From a virus (taxonomy: Duplodnaviria; Caudoviricetes), in IMG/VR virus record IMGVR_UViG_3300005611_000002, positions 32,001-96,000 of that record: DNA of 64,000 bases, one strand, 5' to 3'. Under the pieces are notes generated by a model, which saw only the letters and a list, made by a program, of their open reading frames with translations, made no database searches and was not told the origin of the DNA. Made by a program: the position numbers and the translations under genes. Positions 53,238-61,699 of the stretch are shown here, piece after piece (position 1 is the first letter of the stretch; each line of letters begins with the position of its first letter).

Positions 53238-53429
53238 GGTTACTTCGTCCAAGCAAGCTTCTACGCCGCCGCATTTCTTGAAAGGACTGGAATTGCTATC
53301 AAGCAAGGTGTAATCTTGATCACTGTCGATGATGGTGAACCTCAAGTCTTCAAGATCAATACCTATGACTACCTCGAGCACTTTCTTGAAGTGCGAAAAA
53401 AGTTCAAACAAATGTACGAAGGGGGTTGA
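53238..53429 (+). pseudogene. Stranded original C-terminus of the exonuclease
   Basis: GYFVQASFYAAAFLERTGIAIK...MYEGG*; 63 aa, 34/63 identical to the product of 52088-52279; no start codon. Confidence 0.92.
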
Positions 53430-53482
53430 CATTTGTTTTGAAATGGTTTAGAATCATATTATAAGTTAGGAAAGGAAAACTT

Positions 53483-54388
53483 ATGACGATGATTCGGATT
53501 ACCAAGCGCTTCTATGATGATCACATCGAGCGCGATCTCGAAGCCCCTGCAATTGTTCGCGAGTCAAAGCGTTACTATTGGATCGACACCTCAGATGAAA
53601 ATTTCGATGAGCTTCACGCGGATGCAATCTTCTACCGCGGTATGTGGCTCGATGGCGCTTATGACGCTTACCTCAAGCCGATCTGTATGTCGGCTCACCA
53701 GTTGATTACTGCGTACGAAAGGGGTTGACAAACACCCCGAATCAGTATAGTATCATAATATCAAATCAAACCGAAAGGAACTACACTATGGGTACTCATG
53801 CGATGATCGGCATCTGGAATTCCGAAGACGGCTCGGTTGAAGCCACTTATGTTCACTACGACGGCTACGTGGATGGCGTTGGAAATGCGCTGATCCACTT
53901 TTTCAATACTCAAGAAAGCGCATCGGCTGTTGCCAATGTTGGCTATCTTTCTTCTCTGAGTGCTGATCTTGAAACCTCCATCGAGGAATCAGTTCACCAG
54001 GAACCTACGGTTCCCTATGAGTCTGTCGAGCAGTTCATGAAGAACGGCTACGATTACGCAGGTGCGGAATATCTTTATCTTTGGGACGGTGAAGCGTGGT
54101 TTGTAGCTTCTCGGTATGGAGAACAGCGCTTCACTGATGTTATTACTGTTTTGAGTGAAAAAGATGCAGCTTAACACGAACCGGATACTCACCAAATTCA
54201 TTCGAACCGAGAGCCATCATTTTGTAGGCACAGTCTGGCCCTTTCGAGGCTGTCAAGTCGAAATGCACGATGATGGCTTTTCGTGTACTTGTAAAAAGCG
54301 CATGACGTATAAATGCAATCATATCAAATCCGTAGAACTTGGTATTCTTGGCGTAGGACTAAAACAATATGAACTTATTCGTACTTGA
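53483..54388 (+). other. Early hypothetical genes (53483-53728, 53788-54174, ~54164-54388)
   Basis: Promoter cassettes at 53426 and 53725; YVHYDGY motif in 53788-54174. Confidence 0.6.
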
Positions 54389-54944
54389 TAAACACCCAGT
54401 CAAAGCAGCACAACTTCAGTGCAATCGCCATATTGTGAAGATGGTGGTGGAAAGCGCGCAAATGCTTTCCACTGCTCATCGTATGCTCGACGGCACCGAA
54501 GAGCGCCGATCTTCTAAATCTGGTAAAACCCTGTCGCGGTACTGGGCACTGCCAGATGATCGAGAAGATGTTCTTTACAAAGCTGTTCACATGCATCATC
54601 CGTGCACGGTTTGGACAATGCAATCAAATAACAACTACACGTGGCACTGGGTTCACTTTGCAGCTCTCTGTGATGAATACCAATATCGTTACGGTAAGGT
54701 ACACAAAACAGACACTTTGCTACGAGATCGACTGAAAGAACTTCCGCGAAACATTCCCGTTGGGCCTTTCACACCACAGCCTCTTGCAATGAAATCAAAC
54801 CCTGAGTGCATGTTTCCAAATGATGTAGTCAAGTCGTATCGAGCTTTCTATCAGACTAAGCAACACCGCTTCAAGATGGTGTGGTCAAAAAGATCTGTAC
54901 CAGAATGGTTTGAAATGGTTGACAAATGTGAAGAATCAGTATAG
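54369..54944 (+). CDS. Pyrimidine-dimer DNA glycosylase-like protein
   Basis: MNLFVLD..P..AAQ..C.RHIVKM..ESAQMLSTAH; HHPCTVW; LCDEY..RYGKVH. Confidence 0.75.
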   Translation: MNLFVLDKHPVKAAQLQCNRHIVKMVVESAQMLSTAHRMLDGTEERRSSKSGKTLSRYWALPDDREDVLYKAVHMHHPCTVWTMQSNNNYTWHWVHFAALCDEYQYRYGKVHKTDTLLRDRLKELPRNIPVGPFTPQPLAMKSNPECMFPNDVVKSYRAFYQTKQHRFKMVWSKRSVPEWFEMVDKCEESV

Positions 54945-54976
54945 TATCATAATAGGTAAAACGAAAGGAACCTACA

Positions 54977-56367
54977 ATGTTTACACCTCAGTTCGTAATC
55001 TTTGTCGAAACTACTACTGGCCAGATTATTCGCGCTTTTACGTGGTGTCGCGATGAAGCTTCTGGTATCGCGCGCGCCCGGCGTGATGCAGTTGAATTTG
55101 GACACACTCCAGCGCGTATCTGGACTGAACGCGTCATTGTAGCAAACCAAAACTAAGGAGACTCAAATGATGGAACATTATGAATTCGCAAAGCAGCTTC
55201 GGAATCTTCTTCGTCGTGCAGATCGTTTTGGCTATGATCTTCAAACACTGAAAGAAGAAGTCCTCTACGTTGCTGAGCTTCAGGAAAAGCAAGCTGAGCG
55301 CATTGAGCTAAAGATGATTGCCGATGCTCAAAATGACCCTAGCAATCCTCGGTATGATTACGGCTTGGCGTGAGTAGATATTTAGTGATTGATAAAGAGA
55401 TGGGTGTCTTTCTAGGTACCTATCTCAAGTTTGCTCTCTTTGCAGCAAATGATGGCTTTGATGTAGTCAAAGCTTTCAGCTTCGAGAGTGAAGATTCTGC
55501 TCACAAATTTGTGGCAATGAATACAAGTCTCGAAGAAGATGACTACTTTGTAGCTCCAATCAAGACGAAAGATAAGTATGTGAGTATTATTGACGTGATT
55601 AAAGCTGGTTACGGAGAGCATACACATAACATGATGAATAATTTGCAAATGATTTCATATTCTGAACATTAGCAGTTGACAAACGAGTAGAATCAGTATA
55701 GTATCAAAATATACGGTATGAAAGGAAACATCATGACTTACACCTTCGACGAGAACATTGTTTCTGATCTTCACAAAGATGCTCGTGGCTTCCGTCCTAG
55801 TGAATACTTCTGGGAAGAATGGACTCAGTGTGGTGACGATACCCGTCAGGCAATGTGGGACTCTCTGATCGAGGAACTCAATGAAACAATGGATCGTGAG
55901 CGTCGAGCCGAAGCTCGTGCTGCTCTTGCTCTGACTGAGCGTCTCGAAAAAATGTACGAACTCGGTGCCACTTCTGAAGTTCAAGCTCTTCAGTGGATCA
56001 TGGAAGCAGAAGAGTTCGAAGACTATGATCTTCGTTACGGCGCAGACTACTTCTGCTACCACTTCGGTCTCAGCTACAGTCTAAAAAATGAGTTTCCCAT
56101 CCAGGAAGCTATCAACGAAATGCTCTCGGAGGTTGTATAATGAACGCAAATGGAATTATTCCCGTGGAAAGTAGCGAATGGCCTACTCATGGAAGCCCTC
56201 AAGATCGTGGTTCTGCTGATGCTTACTATGGTCGACGCTTTGATCCTCACTGGTGGCCCGAAGGTACTGGTAAAGGAACTCGTGTAGAAAAAGAAGACAT
56301 GTCTGCTAATCAGATCAAGCAGTATGAATATGGCTACATGAATGAAGAAGATCGGAAAGAATGGTAA
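54977..56367 (+). other. Early hypothetical genes (54977-55156, 55167-55373, 55370-55672, 55733-56140, 56140-56367)
   Basis: Promoter cassettes at 54919 and 55676; RBSs. Confidence 0.6.
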
Positions 56368-56439
56368 AAACCTGTTGACAAATAGACAGAATCATTATAT
56401 TATCTAAATACCGAAACAAAACTGAAAAGGAACTACATC

Positions 56440-57390
56440 ATGGCACACGAACTTGAAATCATCAACGGTGAAGCTCAAATGGCGTATCGCGCTTCGCAGG
56501 GCAAGCCGTGGCACGGTCTTGGTACTCCGGTATCGGACGACATGACTCCGCTTCAAATGATGGAAGCTGCAGGTCTTAACTGGAAAGTCGAAAAAGTCGA
56601 TACATTCTTCGAAGCAGGAGGCCAAAAATTTCCGACTGGTCGGCAAGCACTTATTCGCTCTTCGGATCATAAAATCTTGTCTGAAGTGGGCAAGGGTTGG
56701 AACCCAGTCCAAAATCGCGAAGCTTTTGAATTCTTTACAGACTTCGTTGCTAACGGCGACATGATGATGGATACCGCTGGTTCTCTCAAAGACGGTCGGA
56801 TTGTTTGGGCTTTGGCTGATGTCAAGGATGGCTTTACACTCTTTGGCGGTGACGAAGTTCGCGGTTATCTTTTGTTTTCAAATCCTCATATCTACGGTAA
56901 CTCGATCGACGTCAAGTTTGTTCTCGAACGCGTTGTTTGTAACAACACACTGACGATGGCTCTCAACGAAAAGGGTCAGCCTTCGGTTCGAGTCAACCAC
57001 CGCGCTGAATTTGATGCGGAACGCGTAAAGGAAATCCTTGGTCTGTCTCACCGTCGCGTGGAAAACTTCAAGGAAGCTGCAGAGTTTCTTGGTTCTCGTA
57101 ACTACCAGGAGCAGGATCTGACTCAGTACTTCGGTCAAGTCTTTGGTACTTCAAATAAGGAAGACAAGGATCTGTCTCGTACTGCTGAGCGCGCGGTGGA
57201 ACTCGTTGAGACCTCTCCAGGTGCGAACTTCAAGCCTGGTTCCTGGTGGAACATCTATAATGCGGTGACTTATCTTACTGACCACGAGCTCGGTCGTTCT
57301 GACGACAACCGCATGACTTCGGCTTGGTTTGGCGGTAACGCAAAGCGCAAGACTGAAGCACTGAACCTTGCACTTGACATGGCGGCCTAA
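56440..57390 (+). CDS. DUF932 family phage/plasmid protein
   Basis: PWHGLG; AAGLNWKV; PVQNREAFEFF; TAGSLKDGR; RVVCNNTL; NAVTYLTDH. Confidence 0.88.
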   Translation: MAHELEIINGEAQMAYRASQGKPWHGLGTPVSDDMTPLQMMEAAGLNWKVEKVDTFFEAGGQKFPTGRQALIRSSDHKILSEVGKGWNPVQNREAFEFFTDFVANGDMMMDTAGSLKDGRIVWALADVKDGFTLFGGDEVRGYLLFSNPHIYGNSIDVKFVLERVVCNNTLTMALNEKGQPSVRVNHRAEFDAERVKEILGLSHRRVENFKEAAEFLGSRNYQEQDLTQYFGQVFGTSNKEDKDLSRTAERAVELVETSPGANFKPGSWWNIYNAVTYLTDHELGRSDDNRMTSAWFGGNAKRKTEALNLALDMAA

Positions 57391-57412
57391 GGGCCGTTAT
57401 TCTGGAGAAATC

Positions 57413-57763
57413 ATGACCTCAGTAGGATATACAACGGTAGCGCTAATACACCTAGGTGGTGTATTAGCTTTTCAACAAACCGGCATTGCTTGGATTTTAC
57501 TTATACCTGTAGCTCATGCCGCGTTTGCAACTTTTATTTTTGTATTTGCAGTTTCTGCGCTTTTAGGAACTTCGCACGAAAAAATAAAGTTCGAGCCAGA
57601 AAAAGATCATATCGGAATTCGTTTCTTATCGCAGTTTGCATCTTTATTGACCGCATATCAAGTTTATTTGCTTGGATATGGATTACTGGCAGGTATCATG
57701 ATTATGACTGCAATTTGCTTGATTCTTACTTTGGTATACATTGCAGCAGAAAAGGAAGCATGA
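57413..57763 (+). CDS. Membrane protein
   Basis: Several hydrophobic segments; GGAG RBS. Confidence 0.6.
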   Translation: MTSVGYTTVALIHLGGVLAFQQTGIAWILLIPVAHAAFATFIFVFAVSALLGTSHEKIKFEPEKDHIGIRFLSQFASLLTAYQVYLLGYGLLAGIMIMTAICLILTLVYIAAEKEA

Positions 57764-57764
57764 T

Positions 57765-58190
57765 TTGAAAATACTCATTATGGGCTTGCCTGGTTCTGGT
57801 AAGACTTGGTTGGCAGAACGTCTTCAGAAACGACTTGAATGTGCTTGGTATAACGCTGATGAAATTCGTCGTATGGCTAACGATTGGGAATTTGGTGAAG
57901 AAGCTCGAATTCGTCAAGCACGGCGCATGCGAAATCTTGCGAACTACGAAAAGGGCGAGGGTCGCACTGTAATTTGTGATTTTGTCTGTCCGACGGAGCT
58001 CACTCGATATATCTTCGAGGCTGACTATACAGTTTGGATGGATACTATCAAAGAAGGTCGCTTCGAAGACACAAACAAAATATTTGAAGCTCCTTTACAC
58101 TACAATTATCATATTTCTAAGTGGTTTGATAATACTGATGAGACTCTAGTAAACGCAATTGAAAGACACATAAGGATAAAAGATGTTTGA
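57765..58190 (+). CDS. Adenylylsulfate-kinase-like P-loop protein
   Basis: MGLPGSGKT; NADEIR; R.RQARRM; DFVCP; FEAP; TTG start. Confidence 0.75.
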   Translation: MKILIMGLPGSGKTWLAERLQKRLECAWYNADEIRRMANDWEFGEEARIRQARRMRNLANYEKGEGRTVICDFVCPTELTRYIFEADYTVWMDTIKEGRFEDTNKIFEAPLHYNYHISKWFDNTDETLVNAIERHIRIKDV

Positions 58191-58593
58191 TTGGAAAAAA
58201 CCCACGGTGCAAATGCTAGGACGATGGCAGCCATGGCATGACGGACACACAGCTCTTTTCAAAAAAGCGCTTGAAACTACAGGTCAAGTTTGTATCATGA
58301 TTCGAGATGTCTATAACTTTGATGGCGACGCCGGCGCAGGACGAACCGCAAAGCAAGATGATAATCCCTTTGGTGAGATTGATGTAATCAAGAATATCGA
58401 AGAAGCACTTCGAAAAGAAGGCTACGAAAACGGACATCAGTATCTAATTCTGTGTGTACCTAATATTGTTGACATCAGTTATGGACGAGGAGTTGGTTAC
58501 ACATTTACGGAACACGATCTCGGTGAAGATATACATCAGATTAGTGCAACAAAAATTCGCGCAAAAATGAGAGAAGAAGGAAAACTTTCATGA
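58183..58593 (+). CDS. Cytidylyltransferase-like (HxGH) nucleotidyltransferase
   Basis: LGRWQPWHDGH; YGRGVGY; ISATKIR. Confidence 0.8.
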   Translation: MFDWKKPTVQMLGRWQPWHDGHTALFKKALETTGQVCIMIRDVYNFDGDAGAGRTAKQDDNPFGEIDVIKNIEEALRKEGYENGHQYLILCVPNIVDISYGRGVGYTFTEHDLGEDIHQISATKIRAKMREEGKLS

Positions 58594-58634
58594 ACTCGAT
58601 GGGTGACTTGAAATTTACAACAGCAGGAGACTAT

Positions 58635-58883
58635 ATGATGAATGATGAATCTTACGCAGTAACAGCAGAAGAACTTCGACAGTTTATCGAGCGATATGAA
58701 CGTCTAGAAACAGAAAAGAAGGACATCGCGGATCAGCAGAAGGAAGTGATGTCTGAAGCCAAAGGCCGCGGATATGACACAAAGGCTATCCGTAAGATTA
58801 TTGCGATGCGCAAACGTGATCGTGATGATATTGCTAACGAGGAAGCTGTAGTCGAAATGTATAAAGAAGCACTAGGTATGTAA
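58635..58883 (+). CDS. gapR: GapR (DUF2312/UPF0335) nucleoid-associated protein
   Basis: AEELRQFIERYERLETEKKDIADQQKEVMSEAKGRGYDTKAIRKIIAMRK...YKEALGM. Confidence 0.92.
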   Translation: MMNDESYAVTAEELRQFIERYERLETEKKDIADQQKEVMSEAKGRGYDTKAIRKIIAMRKRDRDDIANEEAVVEMYKEALGM

Positions 58884-59233
58884 AATGAAACAAAAAGATC
58901 TACAGATTGTATGCGAAAATATTATTGCAAGATATCCACCGCACCGAAATTTCACGTCTGCAGATGTCGCGTATGACGCAGGATACGTTTTTCCAGATTA
59001 TCAATACGCTGATGTTATATCTGGCGTCGTGAGTAAAATCAAGCAAAAGCAAACACTCGCAAAACACGGTAAAAAAATTATACTTGTTGGATATAGCCCA
59101 AAATATGGAAGGAATCAAAAGCGACCAACGAATTTGTTAAGAGTGATAGACTGTTGATCCAGAATTGACATTCTAATCTATTGGTAGGTTACCTTATAAA
59201 GAAGTACAACGTCAACTGGTTGACTCTCAGAAT

Positions 59234-59261
59234 AAAAAAAGGCGGGCATAAAGCCCGCCTT
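59234..59261 (-). terminator. Intrinsic terminator after the HEG
   Basis: Minus strand GGCGGGC-TTTAT-GCCCGCC followed by T7. Confidence 0.85.
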
Positions 59262-59270
59262 AGCACTCTT

Positions 59271-60095
59271 CTAGCACTCTTCTTTCTTGTGTTTACAGTT
59301 ATCGAAATGATATCTTTGACCACCTTTCCCTTGAAACCTACAATGCGGGCACGTAAATGGCTTGCGGATTTTTGCAGACTTTTTCATATTTTCTTTATGT
59401 TCACCAGATTTGGGCACACCTTTTAGAGTTTTAGAAATGTTATTCTTAGTTTCATCTGAATGTACCCTACCTTTCATAGAAGTAGATATTTTTTCAGGAT
59501 CAGGTTTTTTCCTGTGTTTCATTTTTTCTTTATAACCAGGTCTTTGCCATATCTCCTTTCCAATCTCAGATCTTTTCTGTCTTTGTTCTTCGGTCAAATT
59601 CATTGGAACATCCTTCTTTGCTTTCGAGATAGATGCGCATTTTTTACCCTTATTCCAAGGAATATTACCTTTCTTACAAGGATTATTTTCAGACATTTCT
59701 TTACTCATTATCTTCTTTCGCTCAGCGCCCATGTCACTATCCCAAAACTGTTTCTTCAAAACAGATGCTGCTTTACCCGACAAACCAATAGCACGTTTTT
59801 TCACATTATAATATCTAATAGTTTCGTTACGTTTATTTTCTCCCAAACACAACTCTTCATCTTTGATCATGTCAAGATACTTTTGTTCTAGTGCAAATAA
59901 CTCTTTGGGATCATTACCGTAATAAAACTCAAGTATTTTCCTTCTGAAATCATGAGGTCTTTTCTTGATTGCGCTATCCATGAAACCAGTTGATGAAGTA
60001 TATCCATCATCCAATGAACCCATATGGGATCCAATACAAAACCACTTTCTTTTGCGGTCATACCAAATATATACGAAACCTGAATAAATATCCAT
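59271..60095 (-). mobile_element. GIY-YIG (Seg-like) homing endonuclease downstream of gp23
   Basis: GFVYIW...CIGSHMG...YTSS...EQKYL...YYN; NUMOD3-like repeats; CPHC...HFDNCK. Confidence 0.85.
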
Positions 60096-60173
60096 TGCTG
60101 GAACTCCTTTCTGTAAATGTTTAGTTCTAGAGTAGGTGGGACTGGTACTCCGCGACCTACATTTTTATTTATT
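60083..60173. ncRNA. Conserved HEG-leader structured element, copy 5
   Basis: Ends AATAAATA/TATTTATT; stems CTGGAACT/AGTTCTAG and GTAGGT-G-GGA/TCC-GCG-ACCTAC. Confidence 0.7.
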
Positions 60174-60234
60174 AGAATAAGTTTGGTACACAGACAAAAA
60201 TGTAATCTTTTTGATAATATTTTGCCGGGGCAAT

Positions 60235-60262
60235 AAAAAAGGCGGGTCCGAAGACCCGCCTT
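60235..60262 (-). terminator. gp23 intrinsic terminator with C(UUCG)G loop
   Basis: Minus strand GGCGGGTC-TTCG-GACCCGCC followed by T6. Confidence 0.9.
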
Positions 60263-60300
60263 AGTTTGATCTGGTTGATTCCAGATTCTTTTATTCTAAA

Positions 60301-61638
60301 TCAAAACAGATTTGCAACTTTTACTCTTCTGTAGTACACGTTGGTGTTTGTTTCCAGACGACCCAGAGCAGTTGCAACACCAGTGATGCCGCCTTCTGCG
60401 AATGGGTTAGCAACCATGCCATAACGAGTCTTGAACCCGATTTTAGGCTGGAAGCTGTTTTCACCAACTGCACGGTACATCTGTAGCGGTACATATGGGC
60501 AGTAGAAGAGGCCTGCGTCGAATGCGCTGGAACCCTTGTAACCAACTACGAGATAGTTGCTACCTGCATATGGATCGATGTAAACTCTGTAGCGACCGTT
60601 GAGAACACCAGCGAAGGTATTACCTGTATCGTCTACGTTCAGTGCGTTGCTGTTCAGTGCTGGAGTATAATCCAGGACACCTGCCATCTGAAGAGCGGAT
60701 GCAACATCGGAAGAACAGATAACGATGTTACCCTTACCTCTACGAGTCGCTTTTGCGATCGCGTTGGCTTCTTGCTCGATCTGGAACATCAGACCCTTGA
60801 ACTTCTCAACCGACCAACGACCATTTGCGTCAACATCTAGGTCGAAAGTACCAGCTGCAGCAGTATTAGCAGCACCAGTTACAGCAGTTGAGTAGATGGT
60901 ACGAACAAGCTCGCGGTTGATTTCTACAAGAATTTCAGACTGTAGAATGTTTGCAAGCTCAGTTTCAGCATCTAGACCATGAACAGCACGTAGGTCTTGT
61001 GCAAGTTCAGTGGTGTATTCTGCTTTCAGTGCGCGGCTCTTTGCAGATACAGTTACTTTCTCGATTGAGAATGCCATTTCTGCGAAAGTGTTTGCGCCAT
61101 CAGCACCAAGAGATTCTGCAACACCAGTTGTCATACCTGTACCAGTGCTAAACTGTGAAGTATTAGCAATATCGGTTGGCATCATTGAACCGGTATGTGT
61201 ACCTGTACCAGAGAAGTCGGTATCAGCTTCATTGTAGAATGCTTCAGTACCAGTTTGTGATTCGTAACGTGAACGCATTGCAAAAATCAGACCGGTTGGA
61301 CCAGTCATTGGCTGAACACCTGCAATGTCATATGCCATCAGGTTTGGCATCGCGCGACGTACGAGGCTGATCAGAACTGGATCGTAACCAGCAACTGGAC
61401 CACCAGCAGCTGCAGAAGTACTGAAACCACCGGTTCCTGCTGCGTTAGTTGGTGTCTCCATGAGAAGTGAGCTCATTGAGATTGACTGATCGCCAGACTC
61501 CATGAGTGCTTTCTCGGTGTTTTCAAGAATCGTAGCAGTAACTGCTCGTCTATGCTGATCCTTGATTGGCTCGAAAGTAGAGTGCTCAAGTACTGGACCC
61601 CACTTTTCCACCAGAGCTTGATAGTTTGACTGTGTCAT
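60301..61638 (-). CDS. 23: Major capsid protein
   Basis: DPVLISLVRR.MPNL; GVQPMTGPTGLIFAMR; KSRALKAEYT.ELAQDL; FYCPYVPL; FQPKIGFKTRYG. Confidence 0.98.
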   Translation of the reverse strand: MTQSNYQALVEKWGPVLEHSTFEPIKDQHRRAVTATILENTEKALMESGDQSISMSSLLMETPTNAAGTGGFSTSAAAGGPVAGYDPVLISLVRRAMPNLMAYDIAGVQPMTGPTGLIFAMRSRYESQTGTEAFYNEADTDFSGTGTHTGSMMPTDIANTSQFSTGTGMTTGVAESLGADGANTFAEMAFSIEKVTVSAKSRALKAEYTTELAQDLRAVHGLDAETELANILQSEILVEINRELVRTIYSTAVTGAANTAAAGTFDLDVDANGRWSVEKFKGLMFQIEQEANAIAKATRRGKGNIVICSSDVASALQMAGVLDYTPALNSNALNVDDTGNTFAGVLNGRYRVYIDPYAGSNYLVVGYKGSSAFDAGLFYCPYVPLQMYRAVGENSFQPKIGFKTRYGMVANPFAEGGITGVATALGRLETNTNVYYRRVKVANLF

Positions 61639-61699
61639 AATTTCTATCTCCTTATGGTTATTGTTATTCTGGATATATTTATAAAACTATATTTTTCAC

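Noticed and set aside
52088-53429. Diversity-generating retroelement VR/TR pair (duplicated C-terminus)
   Set aside because: The differences are not adenine-specific, many are synonymous, and no reverse transcriptase is present in the window.
21068-56440. CRISPR array suggested by recurring ~50-bp repeats
   Set aside because: The repeats are dispersed, contain -35/-10/RBS elements and are separated by whole genes rather than 30-40-bp spacers; there is no cas operon.
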